Positions 25,201 through 40,200 of a DNA stretch of 64,000 nt are shown one piece after another. A model generated the notes under the pieces. It saw only the letters and a program-made list of their open reading frames with translations. It made no database searches and was not told where the DNA came from. This stretch comes from Raillietiella orientalis (taxonomy: Eukaryota), in NCBI GenBank assembly GCA_036172245.1, contig JAYWIR010000002.1:1240001-1304000 (forward strand), read 5' to 3'. The position numbers and the translations under genes are program-made. Within the stretch, counting starts at the first letter, position 1; each line of letters starts with the position of its first letter.

Positions 25201-28200
25201 AACGGTCTTGCGTTTGTATGTTTTAATTTTGTACGTTTCTGAAATCTAGTTTAAGCACGAAAGAAAGAAAACCATCATGTGGACACATTTTCGTATGAAG
25301 AACATATTTGGGTGTTAATGTGAACTTTGCCTGTGAGACCGAATATGAATTCTAAGATTTGCTTCAATTATTAATGCTGATAAAATTCGAAAGTTTAATA
25401 GCTTTTACCGTTTGAGGGTTTCGATATAGTTTGAAGGCAATTTACGTTGCGTCTAATGTAACTGTATCATAACTTCGTTTCGAGAGTTTTTCCCCAACTC
25501 CGATATAGTTTATTTTAGAACTTAATTATTACCATAACATAGTGCTCTTGTTGTAGTATTAATGCATACTGTGGGAAAGTAACACCAATGTTTATGGAAA
25601 AATCCACATCTGATGTTATTTTTGTTGATTGTGTTCGCATTTTTGCTTACATATACTCGGGATCTTATGTATGATAAGTAGCTGCGTTACGAATTATTTC
25701 CATATTTTCAAGTAACACAAACTAAACATTGGATTTGTCTGACCGCTTTTCCAGAATTAAAAACTACGAAATTCCAAGTGTGGAATGCTCTTTTTCTTTT
25801 TGATAACAATGCCGATATTGATTAGGCTTTGAGTTTATCAACATTGTTTTACATGAAATCTTCCTTTAATGAAGGATTCGTCAGGGATTCATGACCTACC
25901 GTCCGACATAAAAAACACACACACACACACACGTTTCAATAAGCTCAAATGCAATTTTTCATAAAACAAGTTCTAGATGGTGATTGCAGGTCAGAATATT
26001 CAAAAACACATAAGCTACTCTGAGGACCAGTTCGTTGATTTTAAAAAAAATCTTGGTCAACCAATCATTATTTGTAAAGAAACTTACTGTTCTTGCCTTG
26101 ACATTAGCAAGGTAATGCTAATAAAATGAATGATTAGACCTGATTCAGTAAATATGCTCCGGATCACACAAATAAAGCTTAATGGAACTTGGATTCATCC
26201 ACAAACTTTGAAAATATGTTCTCAACAATTAGGAAATTTGTTGGAACCTTAGAAAGCATTGAGCAGATTACCTAAGATTTAAAGATCACATACAGAGAAG
26301 GTGAAAGACAGACACCAAGCATAAAGTCATGCAAAGAATCTCTTTTGGTTTCATTTGCAGCTGAGACTGTAAATATTCAGCAAAATGTGCATAACATAAC
26401 TACTCATGGGTCATGCTTAGTATTTTTAAAACTTAGCAAACAAATAAATGTGCCAGTCTGAAATGTAAAACTAATACAAACACAACAAAAATGTTTGGAT
26501 CAAATTAGATGACTTTCGAATTTAACTGAAAGAAAACTATCAACAAATGACAATTGATGCATCATCAAGCAAACATCCACCAATCCTCAATAATGAAAAT
26601 CCTTAGATTTTTCAGTATGCATGCCCTGGTTTGGTATCACAAACCCCAAAAGGATTACAATCTGCAACAGGAGACTTACTTAAATACTTACTGGTCTTTA
26701 CAGATCTGCAAAAATTTGTGATTCAAATTTGGGAAATTAAATCTCGCACTTGCATCATATTTCAGATAATGAATTGTAAAGGGATCAATATGGTGGATAA
26801 TGGATCCAATTCTGGTGCTTATATGATGCAATGCTTCTGTGCCAAAATATGTGCACAAACAAAGGCTGAATATCATGCACAGGATTAATCTAGAATTCCA
26901 ACTGAGTTCCTGACAGCATAAAAATATTTGGCTGTATTTCACTTTTCCACTTTTCATAAATAAACCTTTGTTCTAATAACTCTTAAACAGCAAACACTGG
27001 ATTATTCCTTAATCTTATGATCTTTAATTATGAATTCTTGAAGTCTCTAACACTTCATATCTTAATTACTAATAGTTCATTTATTCTGACAGAATCTCTC
27101 ATTCTCCAACAGTTTACATTTCCATTCATTCTGTTCACAACTTTCTTGCAATCAGCAACTGTTCACTTTATGCTTTTTATCAGATGCATTATTATTAAAA
27201 TTTATGTTCTTCATTTCACACAGTACTTAAAGAAATGCATTCCTCACTTATTCCAGTTTTTATCAAGCGAAAAAAAAATAAAGCACTAGCTTCACTTTGT
27301 TGACATCCAAAACTTGGGGAGGCTAAATTTTGGAGGTTTTCAAGTCAATTGATTATGTAAATTCATTTATGAAATTTTATGTTAATAGTTCAGCAAAAAA
27401 TTGCCTTTAATCACATGTTTGATGAGACTGGTATTTTCTGGTTTAAGCTTTTTTACTCTCCAAAACTTACTGGTTCTAGATTTTATTATAAAGAAGCTCA
27501 CAACTAATTCACATTGGGATGGTGTTGCTAAATAATCAGTAATTCATGTTAGGATGATCAAGGTAAATCTAACACTTGCAGGCAATGGCACAAAAAAGTT
27601 TCAAACATTTTCTACAACATGAAAAGATGACATAAAAATGGAAAATATTTTTTACTTGAAATCTAAGCCTAAGTTCAACTCTGACTTATAGAACAAAACA
27701 AACGAAAAGCAGTTATTTAATAAATTTTATGCGATAATTCTCCCAAAGCCTTTGCTTTATTTAAAATCAGATTATTATATTTGAAATAAAAAAATCCCGA
27801 ATGCATTTTAAAGTGTCACTATTTCCCAATATCAATGCTGATTCTCATACAGTGCATGAACACTTTGATAGATGCAACTAAAATAACAATACATAAAAGA
27901 TTTAATCAGCAACAACACAGGTTTACCTTAGTTCAAAAATGTTTATATACCACTAACTTATAATAAAAGTTTTTTTTTTTTTTGAGAATGTTAATACTTC
28001 AAATATGAGAACTACAAATAAGTATTAAACAAAATTCCTTCTAAATATAAGTTTGCCTGGCATGATCACTGCATGTATGTAATAATAAACTATTCCTTAA
28101 GTAAAAATGTTATTTTTATGTGTGCATGCCATAAATGAACCTCAACCCAAACAAAGCAAATCCTTAAATTGAAATTGAGATGTGTCACTAACAAAAATTA

Positions 28201-28648
28201 ACTAAACCAAAATAAACTCTGGCCTTTCAGTTGTCAGAATTTTTCCATCTTCTATCTGAATTTGTACTTTAGAAACTCCAAGAATGCAAGAATTACTGTT
28301 AAATACTGTTGCTTTTAATTCAGAGCTGATTGAATTGATTTAACAGGATCAATAAACCTATTCTAGTTCAATATCATTGTGCTCCTAAAAGCCATTAAAT
28401 TTAACAATCTTTAGATAATCCATTAATTTTTTTTTTCACATTCATAGTATTTCTGATTCAAAAGACAATAGACAAGTGAAATGAAATAAAATTTTCTAGC
28501 TCATGCAAGAAATTTGCAGAAATCTGTTAGGTTTGCAAATAATTTAATATAATTTTAATGTATAATTTTGTACAATACAAACATACTTTGTATGTAGGGT
28601 TTTTAAGAGTAAGAATCAAAACAGTCCTCTTTCACTTGAGAAGATATA

Positions 28649-29764
28649 TTATATATCTATAATTACAAACACTTCATAATGGCCTGGATTACAATGAACC
28701 TGCATATTTGAATATGTTATTGCCTTCACTTCAGTTCCTTGAGAATGTTTGCATAAATCAAATGTTTCACCATAACCAATTGCTTTTATCTTAAATTGCT
28801 GTTCATTCAGTTCCACAACTGTGATTTTCTGAAATCATTAAATTTATAGTTACAACTCATGTTAAAACGAAAAAAAACATATAAAAATAAAAGTACAATC
28901 AAACATCATAACAAAACAACACTATTGGAGAAATTTACGAGTTGATTTAATTTGTATATATTCATGGGCATGCATGGGGCAGAACCCATAAACGTCCAAT
29001 ACTTTTCAAAACTAATTTTCCAATACCACATTCAATTGTTCCAAAATGCAAACCTTTGGAATAAAGGATGGTTCTATACTAAACAGATATAACCATTCAT
29101 CTAAAAAATGATACAAGAGACCAAGAATATCCTCAGCTTCAGCTTCTATTTCCTGTGTATATGTGGTCTCTACCTTGTCCAGATCTGTCATATAACCAAA
29201 CATGGCCATTGCACATTGTTCAAAAGCCTCTGATAAACTGGAACCCCATGCATGCAACCTGCATAGAAATATAAAATAATCAAATAGGTTTGAATATAAA
29301 TAAATACAACTGTTTAGTGTGCGAGAAACACTACTAAATAATCATTTCGCAAATTCTGGGATGAATCACAAGGACACTGGTATAAAAGTCGTACTTTTTT
29401 CACCAACTAACTTCATGATGAGTGAATGAATGGGTAAAATCGTTGGACTTTGTTATTTACTCGTTTTACTTTCTGAGCTCGACACTCAGCAAGCCACTGT
29501 GAAAAACTTAAATACCAGAACATAACTTTAAAAACCGGGTCATGAAATCTAATCATATGTTGTTACTTTTGTTTCCAGTGTGCTCACTATTTTACATGGC
29601 AATCATTAAAAACATCTGATAGAATCCGACTTACTGCACATCTGCTGGATGATCCAAATCTGCAAGAAACAAATGGCAATACTAATGTTTTCCAATTTAC
29701 AAAAATGAATCTATTTCATGCTGCATTCAACTGAGAACTTACATTCATATTTGACTTCTGTCAT
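28649..29764 (-). CDS. ZBTB8OS: Archease (RtcB tRNA-ligase cofactor), ~143 aa, 4 exons
   Basis: Exons 29764-29743, 29659-29635, 29258-29054, 28828-28649 (432 nt). Translation KYEYLDHPADVQLHAWG...EAFEQCAMAMFGYMTD...HFLDEWLY...GTEVKAITYSNMQV...VIIDI* is typical eukaryotic archease. Confidence 0.95.
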
Positions 29765-29769
29765 GACAG

Positions 29770-32700
29770 ACTTCGTGCTACATGCGGAAATATAAACTGG
29801 GCAAGTCCTCGTGACTTATGCAAAGTCCATTCTGTAGAAAAAACGACAAGGTTACATCCTCACGTTCTCAAAACACCAAGACTGATGCTCAGTTCATAGA
29901 TTTAAATCATCTTATGCAAAAATTCATTTCAATGTACGTTTGAATTCGTGAGAGAGACTGTTTCCAGAATTTTGCAAGACAAAAACCCACAAGTCGGAAA
30001 TCTCCCAAAAAAAAACCACTTGTTTCTTAAACCGTAATTTGCTGAAAGAATTCTCGAACTGATGACGTCATTACATGGGTCCTCTATACATGTTGTAGCC
30101 TTTAGGTGCAAACTGTGTTACAAAATAGTGTTTCTTTCTTCATCTGAATCAACGCTCGCATTCACCCCTTCCTCCTCAGAAGAAAACCTCAATAATCTAC
30201 TGAACCCAAGTTTTTATTTTTACTCGTTTCCAGATCCTTTTGCAGCACTGACGAAGTTCTGTATCTGAGACTTGACGAAGTTCCATTTCTGAAATGAATG
30301 GTGTCGATCACAACTATCCATAATGAAGAATGTTTAGATTCTAGAATGCACAGAGCTCTATACTGAGGTGCATTTGTCACCATTTCCTGCATCCCTATGT
30401 GCTCGATCAGGGAATATGGTAACCCAAGAATTCAGTTCTAAAGTTATCTGTGAATAATTACAATTACACAAAGCTTCCCGGTGAACCCGGAGCACCCGTG
30501 GGCAACAATTTGGCACATTGTTCTAGCATGGGTGAATCCCTAAGTGCATCAACCATTATTCCCATGTATGCGTTCATACTGTGTAGTTATGATTTCGAAT
30601 GCAAGGAGCATCTTTCGGATGCATTGCCCATTCATCAAAGTGATCTCTTGAGCAAAATTCGTTTCTCTGAAATGGTTTCGTTCCACGAGTTTCTCTTGGT
30701 TTCTGCTTTCGTGAGTGCTGATTCCATTTCTACAACTTCCTACGGAAGGAAGGAATCCTGTACACAGAAGACTTGTCTTCGTATAGAAACGACTTCAGGA
30801 TTCAAGGGAAATGGCCATTCATCGTCTCTTCCACTGAGAGATACTGCTATTGCTGGAGTCATTGTACAAGCTAGGCAAACTAGGAAAGACAAGCTATCTC
30901 AAGGAAATCGCCCTTATGCCACAAGTGGTCCACCTCAGGGCACTTACAGGCATCGTTTGTGACTTGGAACTCTAACAGTGTAGTACTTCACCTGATGTTT
31001 TAAATGAATTTGGAATTCTACACGAATACAGTCAAGAAATTGCATAAAACTATTGCGATGATTTGTAGATACATAAAAACATCCTGTGTGGATGCATGTT
31101 TGCAATTTTGTTGTAGTATGGATGTCTGAGGATGGTATAAATTACGAAATCCATAGGCTCAATGGACTTTCTATGTAATGTGATAAGAGACTGTGATTGT
31201 GATTTCATTAACATATTAGGTCATTGCACACGAATCTTTGCCAAACAGGAAAAGTAATGAGTCTGTTTTTTCTTATCATTCATCAAAAAGTGTTCTTTTA
31301 ATAATTTGCAGAATGCTACGTATTCTGAAAAGGCATGTGAAAAGTCCCGAATACAGTAAATGTACCACCTAAAGGCAAGTACATCCCAATCCTCAAAGAT
31401 GAGAGATTTCGTTAGAGATTAAGTTCTTTCAGATATCGCATTTTTGCCATGAGTTTTAAGCTTATTTCTATGATCACCCATAATAATTCATGAGTCTGAT
31501 GCTTGCATAACATGATTTCTCAAAGAACACAGAACAGTCACATATCATTCGACATCAAATCGCTATATTACATTAGATTACGTTTTTATTCTAAATATCC
31601 AAATAATCAAATATAGATTCAATTACATTAGTTTGAGTGCTTAGCGATTTGTGCACGTGTAATGTAACTGTTCGTACAAGACGCTTAAACGAAAACAGCA
31701 TTTATTTACTCCAAAAAATGTTTGATGTAATCCGAAGATCTAAGATAGTTTGTGAGTTGACAATTTGAAATCTCAGAACATGTAAACAAAGTGGTCTTTA
31801 TTGTAATTTTGGGTCTGAAAGTGCAGTGTAAGCTACATGATGATGCTCAATTGCTGAGAAACCTATCATCTGATGGAATTTTTTTTTATTTACGCGACAC
31901 ATAAGATTATCAGTTATGAAGACATACATTTTTGATATGCTTGATTAGAGATTCAGTTATGGAAAAGGCTACACCAATCACTAATTGAGGCTTCAACTTC
32001 TTTGAACTACCTAAGTGTTTGATAATAGCCAGGTATGAAGGTGTCGCCAAAGCTTTAGGATTTTATATACGAATTAGACATTAACAAATAAAAGTCTCCC
32101 CATTATATTTCATTTCCGATATTCATTTTCTTTATCATTTGCCACAAACACAAAGGTTTGTAGCAAACAAGGAAAACTAAAAAACAGGAGGCTACGTTAG
32201 CGAAGGATGCCTTGGAGTAAGCTGTTCCAGAACATTCGTCAGGCCCGAGCCAGAGTTACAGCTAAATGGAGCAAAATAAGGAAATCAGTGAGAAAGAACT
32301 GCAAAGTAGTGTGCACGCATGTGTTGTCACATGATGCATTCAGTGTTTCATTTCCTGGCTGTTTCAATTCATGCCGACCATTTAGCAATCACATCTTAAA
32401 GCTTTAGAAAAAACTTCCCTTTTCCTAAGCAGCTATTTTTGTCGCTATTGTTTTGTGAATCACTTCAGAATCTCGAGGAACTGTTCAATAACCGAAACTG
32501 AATAGCAATCAAATGTTTTTCAGAATTGCAATCTTAAGCTGAAACGAGCATTTTTCGTACTGATAAAAACCTGTTCATTACACTTCACGTATATGCGTAT
32601 ACATTGGTGTGAAGTGTGCAGAATCAGAAATATAAGATACAAAATACAGATGCACTTGAAGGCCTTATTTTTCGAAGCAACAGGGCTTTACAGACCTTAA

Positions 32701-33300
32701 ACTTTAATACATGATTGTCGTATATATAATACTACTCGAACAGAAAATTCCCATGTCAACAGGTAAAATGAATTGTACAATTTAAGTGCTTTTAATAGCC
32801 ATTATCACTCAGCATGAACATATCGTTCTGTTTGGTATTCGCAAAAAAAATGAAAACCGTGAATCCTTCTGGACTCATCTTCAACATTTCAGTTTTCTCC
32901 TTACTAATCGATAAATATGAATTGTCCATGTCCAAAGCAACGAATTTTTTAAGACACAAAAAATCAAGGGCTGATTCGGTTTCGCCGATAAAATACAATC
33001 AAACTTCGACATCTTTTTGAATCACATTCGATTCCAATCACGCTGTGCTTTTCACTGATTCCATTTACAATCTTTCGTGACTTTGAAAGCATATTTGTCT
33101 TAATACCAAGTCTGCGAACTCAGCTAGATGCCTAGTAAACCAACGAAAGCGAATCTCCCACAACCATGAAGAATGTACAGTCGTCACCTACAAATGCTAT
33201 TTTGCCGGTATGCTGTGATCCCCATCATCGACATTCATTCATGCAGGCAACGTTCATAACGTATGCTTCAAACACAAGCATTTTCACTACTTTTGGATGT
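29770..33300 (-). mobile_element. Very old DIRS-like relic between BDP1 and archease
   Basis: Ordered minus-strand fragments: L*MESVKS and FVALDMDNSYLSI (RT, 32850-33080), TLQFFLTDFLIL (YLDD-like, ~32270-32310), IAVSLSGRDDEWPFPLNPEV (RNase H end, ~30790-30855), weak YR-like pieces 29800-30400. Confidence 0.4.
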
Positions 33301-33542
33301 TGTAAAGCATTTTTCTATTGAATTCTCAGTGAAGTGGAGTGACCAGAACAGGATTTAGTCTTTTTTTAAATGCAGCAAAAACAAAAAACAAGTGTTGGGG
33401 ATCCCGAAAAATGGAGTTAGCCATGAAACTGACAGGCACCACTTAAAAGATGGAATTGATAAAAACGATGGAAACATCTGGTCACATCACAATTATGCTG
33501 AGTTGATAGAAATTAAAAACTTTTCAATGATTCACAAAAATA

Positions 33543-36500
33543 TTATTTCTGAACTGGTGCATTTAGAAGATAAACATATAAAATTTGTCCTTGCTCATTC
33601 ATATCGTTTGCAGATACATTCATCAGTCTTCCAGAACTGTTCAAACTGTTGGCCTCAGCTCCTTGCTCCACAACTGATATAGAAGAAGTACATTCCGGGG
33701 ACATTGCAACTTCAGAGAAGTGAATAGCAGATTCCTTAGGATTTGATAACTGATAATCCAGTGACTCGATCCCTATTTTTAGAAGACTTTCCGATAAATT
33801 TTTGCTAGTTCCAAGTTTTGAATTATGCTTTTTACTTTTCCTCTTTTGATTCATTTTCTGATGGTAATTTTCCGTATTCTTACTTCTTTTTTTTGAAATG
33901 GATGGGATAGGATTTTTGAGATCAAAGGTTAAATCCCTTATTTTGTTTTCACTTATTTCTTCGATCAACTCTTTTTGCACCTTTGTCCTTTTTTGAACTC
34001 CATTTACAGGTTTGCCTTCGTGAACCCAAACTATGCATTTTTAAATTTAGTCGAGTACTTACATTTGGCACTTTTAGGCTTGTCCTCATCAGAATCCCAT
34101 AATTTCTTTCTCGGTAGGCAGCGTTTTTTTTTTTTGACGGCGGATACGAAACTACTTGCTTTATCTTCTACAATTAAGGACTTTTTCATAAGAAATTTTC
34201 AAATACTTATTACCAATGTCGTTTCCATCATCTAGTTCTGAGGGATCAAAATAAAAAGAATCTTTCAGTGCTTTATCTACAAGGGCAGAATTGTGACGCA
34301 ACTCATTTTTATATTTGTTACGCAAATCTATTCTTGTTCTACCAGGAAAAATACTTTCCATCATGGAGAAATCGGTTCCAATAATACTTAATGCTTTGTA
34401 AAACCTTGCAGTTTCTATACAACATATGTATAGTCAGTCACTGATAACAGCTTTTGAAAGTTCAGATACCTTTGAGAGTCCAGTTTCGTGATCTTTTCCT
34501 TTTAAAAACCCGATACCCATAATGATGAGCATCTGAATCGAAAACAACATCTCTCTGTTCCAACATTTTGAATCGGGATGCATCTGTAGTTTCAATTATC
34601 TGCAAGAAAAATCGTACCAATGCAGACATTTTCATGCTCACCAAACTCTCTTCATCTATAGTTATTTGCCCATCTTCTCCAACACGGACTTTTGGGACCG
34701 GATTTGTGTTTTCATTAATTTGTTCTTGTAAGTCATTGTCTTCCTTTTCGGATTCATGATCGTTGACATCATCAAATATGCTATTAACACCAACATAAAC
34801 AACCAATGGAGAAAATTAAAAAATAAAACATATACTTACTTTGATTGATTGGGACTGCAGGATACTGAAGATCTAATTTCAAAAATGAGTTATTGATTCA
34901 CAAAAATATAAAAAGGAACAAAAGGGGAAAAGAACTGCATCATGTAATTTTTATAGGAGTGAAAACTTGTGTATACCTTCTTAACAATCAACAATTTGTG
35001 GAGAATTTATAAAGCAGTGAATATATGAAACTTTTCGTGCAAATCAAATTTAAGAAAATCATTCATGCTGCAAACAGGAAAATGTGAAAAATCAAAGCAC
35101 AATGAATGCAAATCATGTCATAAAATATGCTGGACACCTTTAAAAATCTGCTTTATTTAAAATTATATTATTTTGGGACTCAATTCAAGAACATACATTA
35201 CTACAACTCGTTTGCATGAAATACCGATATGACAAAGTATTCCTTGCAATGATGTGTATCAGTGATCAGAATACAATCAAAACAGCTACTCATAACGCTT
35301 CAAACTTCATAAATATGTATTTTCAAAAAGCTTACATGATTGGGTTTGTTTTTGGATTATAGAATAACAAATCTCTCATTGTAAGTTTTTCTTTTTGAAA
35401 CTTCATAGTATTTTTCAGCTTCTCCTTGAATTGTCTATGCCATTCTTTGCAAACACCTTTGGTAATCCTCTTTCGTCTTCTTATTCTACAGTTCTGTAAA
35501 TTACAACTACAAAGCAAACTTTGTTTCATTTTATGGGTAAAAATTACATGCTAAGTTCCTTCTTCTTACATTGTGTATTTTGTAGATTTTTCGAAAATGA
35601 TAACGAGCTATTTTCTAACCTATTTGAAATTGAAAAAAAAAAAAAAATTACATTTTTGAAAAGTTTTATATTCTAAAAGTACAATGCCAAGATGCTAATC
35701 AAGCATTTTATAAAAATATTAAAGACAAAAATTATGCTTAAAAGAGTCTGGGAAAATAAGTGATTACATAAAGCAGTACATTGAAATAAATGATAATCAT
35801 CTTTACGATAAAGAGGTGCAACACACTTTTAAATTTATAATTGGGACTCAAAAAGTAGCTGTCACCTTGAACAAGCTCCCTTCTCAGTAGTTTTGTTAAG
35901 ATTTTCTGATGACACTTCACAATCATTAGGTACGGCAAGCATGTAATCTGGTACCTTTTTAACACTTTCTGGTGTTGCATCTAAACATCGATATTCAGAA
36001 GTTATCAATTTAAATTGTATACCAATTTATTCACCTTCGGAAATAGTAACCTCTGTTACTGCTTCACAACTTCCGGCTGGGTAAAATGAAATACATTTTT
36101 TTTTTTTTTACAAAAAAATTGATTGAAATACCTTCTGCAATTATAACTTCTGATTCAGAAACGGTTTCTACATGCAAAGCATCTGTTAAGAGATTAATTG
36201 TTCCATCTGACTGAAGGCTATTACTAGAGGGAAGATGATCATACCTTTCATTTAAATTTTTGGCATGTGTGGCATTGCTACTTGCATTTAGGAATCCTAA
36301 ATCAGTATTTAAACATTCTAAAAGGAATTCCACGTGTACAAATTTAAAACAACCATCATACTTTCTGTGTTTGGTTTTCCCCCTATATTTGAAGACAGCA
36401 ACACTTCTGATGTACTATCTTCAATGATGTTTTTGTTGATTTCATCACAATTTTCTTTTAAATCGCCAGAACTTCTTGCAGAAGTTGGATCTTCGACCAA

Positions 36501-36554
36501 CAAACGTTTGGAGATTTTGGGAAGGACTTTTATTCGCGATCGTCGACTTGACAT
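33543..36554 (-). CDS. BDP1: TFIIIB subunit B'' (Bdp1), ~619 aa, ~12 coding exons
   Basis: SANT/Myb domain WTLKETARFYKALSIIGTDFSMMESIFPGRTRIDLRNKYKNE, upstream LTMRDLLFYNPKTNP and PKVRVGEDGQITIDEESL, N-terminus MSSRRSRIKVLPKI. Manual exons 36554-36362, 36317-36132, 36076-36035, 35980-35866, 35619-35548, 35506-35336, 34872-34840, 34780-34642, 34599-34470, 34414-34214, 34167-34063, 34015-33543. Junctions in low-complexity parts are less certain. Confidence 0.9.
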
Positions 36555-37230
36555 TATTCATTATGAAAACTAAAAAATGGAATTGAGATTACAATGTTGC
36601 TAAAAATTACCAATATAAAGATTATTGTATCATTAATAAAACGTACATACATATGCAAGGAACTGAAGAATTCAAATAATACAATTAATGAAAATTAAAA
36701 TAATAACACTGGCATCACTATAAAGACTATTCATTTATGAGTATCTTGATTTACTTTGCCTTTGAATCACATCTTAATTAATTATATAAAAAATAAACAC
36801 AAAAAGCAATGTAATGACACTCTTTTCTATCGTTAATTATATGATCAGCAAGAATGCTTCATAAATAGCAGGTTGACTAATCTACTATTTAGCAAATATT
36901 AATCCTCTGCTTACGAAACTTCAAACCTGAAAATAAATAATTATCACAAAGGCTCGCAAAATGCAAATAAACACCACTCCCATGCACTAAAGGTATTAAG
37001 AAATTTCCGAAAAAGGGGCAGACACTGCTAAAAGATAATTTTCTCTTTCTGTGGAAAAAGAATTGAGAAACATCATCACCTGAAGTATCGTATGCAATAT
37101 TTGATGATGCGTAAAAAAAATAACAGATACTCATCAAAAAGAAATTGTGTCAAACTGCATTGGAATAAAAGATAGTATGTAGTACAATTGAACTTTGCAA
37201 AACGGATTTTTTTTTGAATATATAACAAAC

Positions 37231-37281
37231 TGCATACACATACATGCATACATATATATGTATGTATGTATATGTATATGC
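37231..37281. repeat. Imperfect palindromic (TACA)n/(TATG)n microsatellite
   Basis: TGCATACACATACATGCATACATATATATGTATGTATGTATATGTATATGCA read directly. Confidence 0.7.
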
Positions 37282-40200
37282 AGCAGCCAACTCCCGATGA
37301 ATGACTGAATCATAATTAAAATACACTTTAGCTTACAAACACTAGCCTCAAGGATGCTACTGAGATTGTACAGAGTATTTGTAGAAATTCTTTGTGATAG
37401 CCAAGTGATCACAGACTTTGTATCGAAATTTTTTTCCTCAGAAATTTATCTTTTACTTTGATTACCTATTTCCTCAACAAATGCTCAAGTATTGGTATCA
37501 AAGCATCGAATTAAACTTAATTTATATACGTATTTTTAATGCATGGTTGGATTTACTTCATGTTTAAACACATCAAATTTGAATTCCATTACAACTTCTT
37601 TTCAGTAACATTAGATCCAGCACATTTTCATGATTTTAACATATCAAATAGAAATTTGTAGCTGCAGAATTGTGGTATTTCCCATTCCATGCAAATGCAA
37701 TGAAGAAGAATTTTCAGTTGAAATTTTTGTATCTCCATGTGGATATTACAGCCCCTCTGACAGCTTTCACAAGAACATTTTTTTGTCACCAATAAAGCCA
37801 TCAAAAACGCGATGTAGTTCTTCACCAACAATGTACAATTTTCATTTAAAGTTTTTACAGCTATGAAAAGCATTCTTCATTATGGGAAGGCAAAATCATG
37901 CCATGAGTGCATAGCACTGCTTCTACATTAACACATTAATCCTCATGTAACACACTTGCACAACTGAGCAAAAAATGATTAAAAAATCTCTCTAGCACAA
38001 GAATAAAGAATTACTGTATTTCAATATGGCAAAATTCTATGTTCACTTGTTCCCCAAAATGCACATGTCCCGTATTTACTAGTAGTACTGCTATATATTT
38101 CATGCATTATTTTGTATTTTAGGTTTCAAAAGTATCTCAGAACTTTTACTTTTTACCTAAGAAAATGGAAATAGCACTTAACTCACACTAAGGGAATAAA
38201 TATTAATTTATTCTTTACCCTTGATTAACTCACCAAATCTTTCAAATGCCTACTGATTGCTAGGTTTTTCTCTTTTACAATTTTCGACTAATTAAACCTC
38301 CGAAAAGAATTTCATTAAACATAGTTGTTGGGCAATTGAAAAATGAAATAAAAACAATTATTCTCATGATCACTGTTACTATTCCAACCTGTTCCTCTTG
38401 TTGTACACAACAATTCAGTGATTATTTTTTCTGACTTCTGAATCAGAATTTCTGCAAACACTGAACGTGATAGCTTTGAGTTCATATCATAAAAAAGAAT
38501 TCTTGCTGAATGAAGCATTATGCAAAACATATGAATAATTTTTTGAAACTGAACTGCATGTGTGAAAGATTTTAGAAATGAGTTACAATATTAATTCATA
38601 CCACAAATGAAAACTTCAAACCATATAATTATTTCATACCAAATGTATTAGGTGATCATATTTTTCCTAAAAGTTAAATCTGTATCTTTCCAGTTGCACA
38701 GTCTTCCATTGTTTTCAAGAAAGAAAATTTTAATACTGGCAATTTTCTTAAAGATTTTTATGAAGATACTTTGAATATTCTTAAATTAAATGCCATGTTT
38801 GTAACTGCCATTACAGTGCAAAAAAATATTTCCGAAATTTCATCATACTTCAAGAAGGAATGAAATATTCCAAATAGTTTCAATGATAAACTTTACAATA
38901 TAAAAATTAATGCTTAGTGCGATCATGTGATAAGGCAATCTGCAACAAAGTGATCTGAAATTCTAGATCAAAATGAATATATAATGAACAAACTGAACAC
39001 TCATAAGGATTAAATATATGTACTTTTTACTATCATGGTGTTCCATGGCCCATATTTTTAATATTACAAAATAGTGGTTGAATACAACCGATTTTCTGCA
39101 TTTAAAGAATAATTTATGATGGAAATTTTGTTTTCTACCAGAAGATGGAACAAGCAGTAAGCACAGTCTTCCAGAATACATTTCCTTTGAATCAGGAGGA
39201 TTCTTTTTGCCAAAGAAAGGAAATAGTTACGAAAAATTGAATACTACAAAATCTGCAGTAAACTGTTTATACTTAACTCACAATGAAGATGAGATACAAT
39301 ACAATTCATTTTGATATTAGAATTCAGTTTCAAGGAAATATACCAACACAATACCCAAGCAGTGAAAAATGAAATGCAGCATTCAAACCACTAGTAAATT
39401 AAAAATGTCCTCTGCAGAAATCCAACTTTCCATGGATATTCTTGAAAAACTATCAGTGATCGCCTGGATAAGAATCATTAAATCCAGTATCTGAATGGAT
39501 TAACTGATGGACACAGTCCAGTAATCAATGTTTTACAAAATTCACAACTTCAAATTGTTTCCTATCATCCCTATTAAAAGCTATCTGCCAAACTTTGGAA
39601 CTCCTAAAAAAATATTCTTCAAACAGTATTCAGAAAGTCTTCCTTGAGCAGGCACAATCTCAAAAATTGAATTGGTATACTTGACCAATGCAAAAGTAAT
39701 ATGACACTGTGCATTACTTAATTATAAGAAAAAACACAGTTTTTAAAATTATTTATGGGAAATTTGGAACAAAACCCTTTGATTGAAAGAAATTATACAT
39801 TTTTACAAAGTAACAAACTGGGTACTGAACCCTAAATGAAATTTGTATTTGAACACAAGCCTTCAATTTTGAAGTAAAAAAAATTCTTCTAAATCAATAC
39901 CTGCAAAAGCTCTCATGTAATTCTATCCACCCTGGGAGGTATCATATAAAAAACTGCCTTTACGGGAAATCAGTACGTGAACCAACAAAATATTGCTAGC
40001 ACAGATCAGTAGATAGTTTACAGCTACCACAATAATAAAATCAACTCATTCGCAATTTTGTTGAAAAAGTTGGAAAAGTACTAAAACTTTCCAGCTGTCA
40101 ACCTGTACCCTAATAAAGAAAACAATAATAATAATAAATATAACAGAAGTTAATATGCACTTCTCATAAGAGATTTAATTTTGATCTAATAGCATATAAA

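Noticed and set aside
29641-29655. Archease DHPAD instead of DHTAD as loss of function
   Set aside because: The Asp and His residues and the rest of the ORF are intact; likely tolerated variation.
30450-30962. 170-aa + strand ORF
   Set aside because: GTG start and no recognisable domain; better explained as the antisense of a DIRS RNase H/MT relic.
31116-31154. TATGGAT..CTGAGGA..GAAATCCATA hammerhead-like motif
   Set aside because: Stem I is missing and the cleavage-site base would be G.
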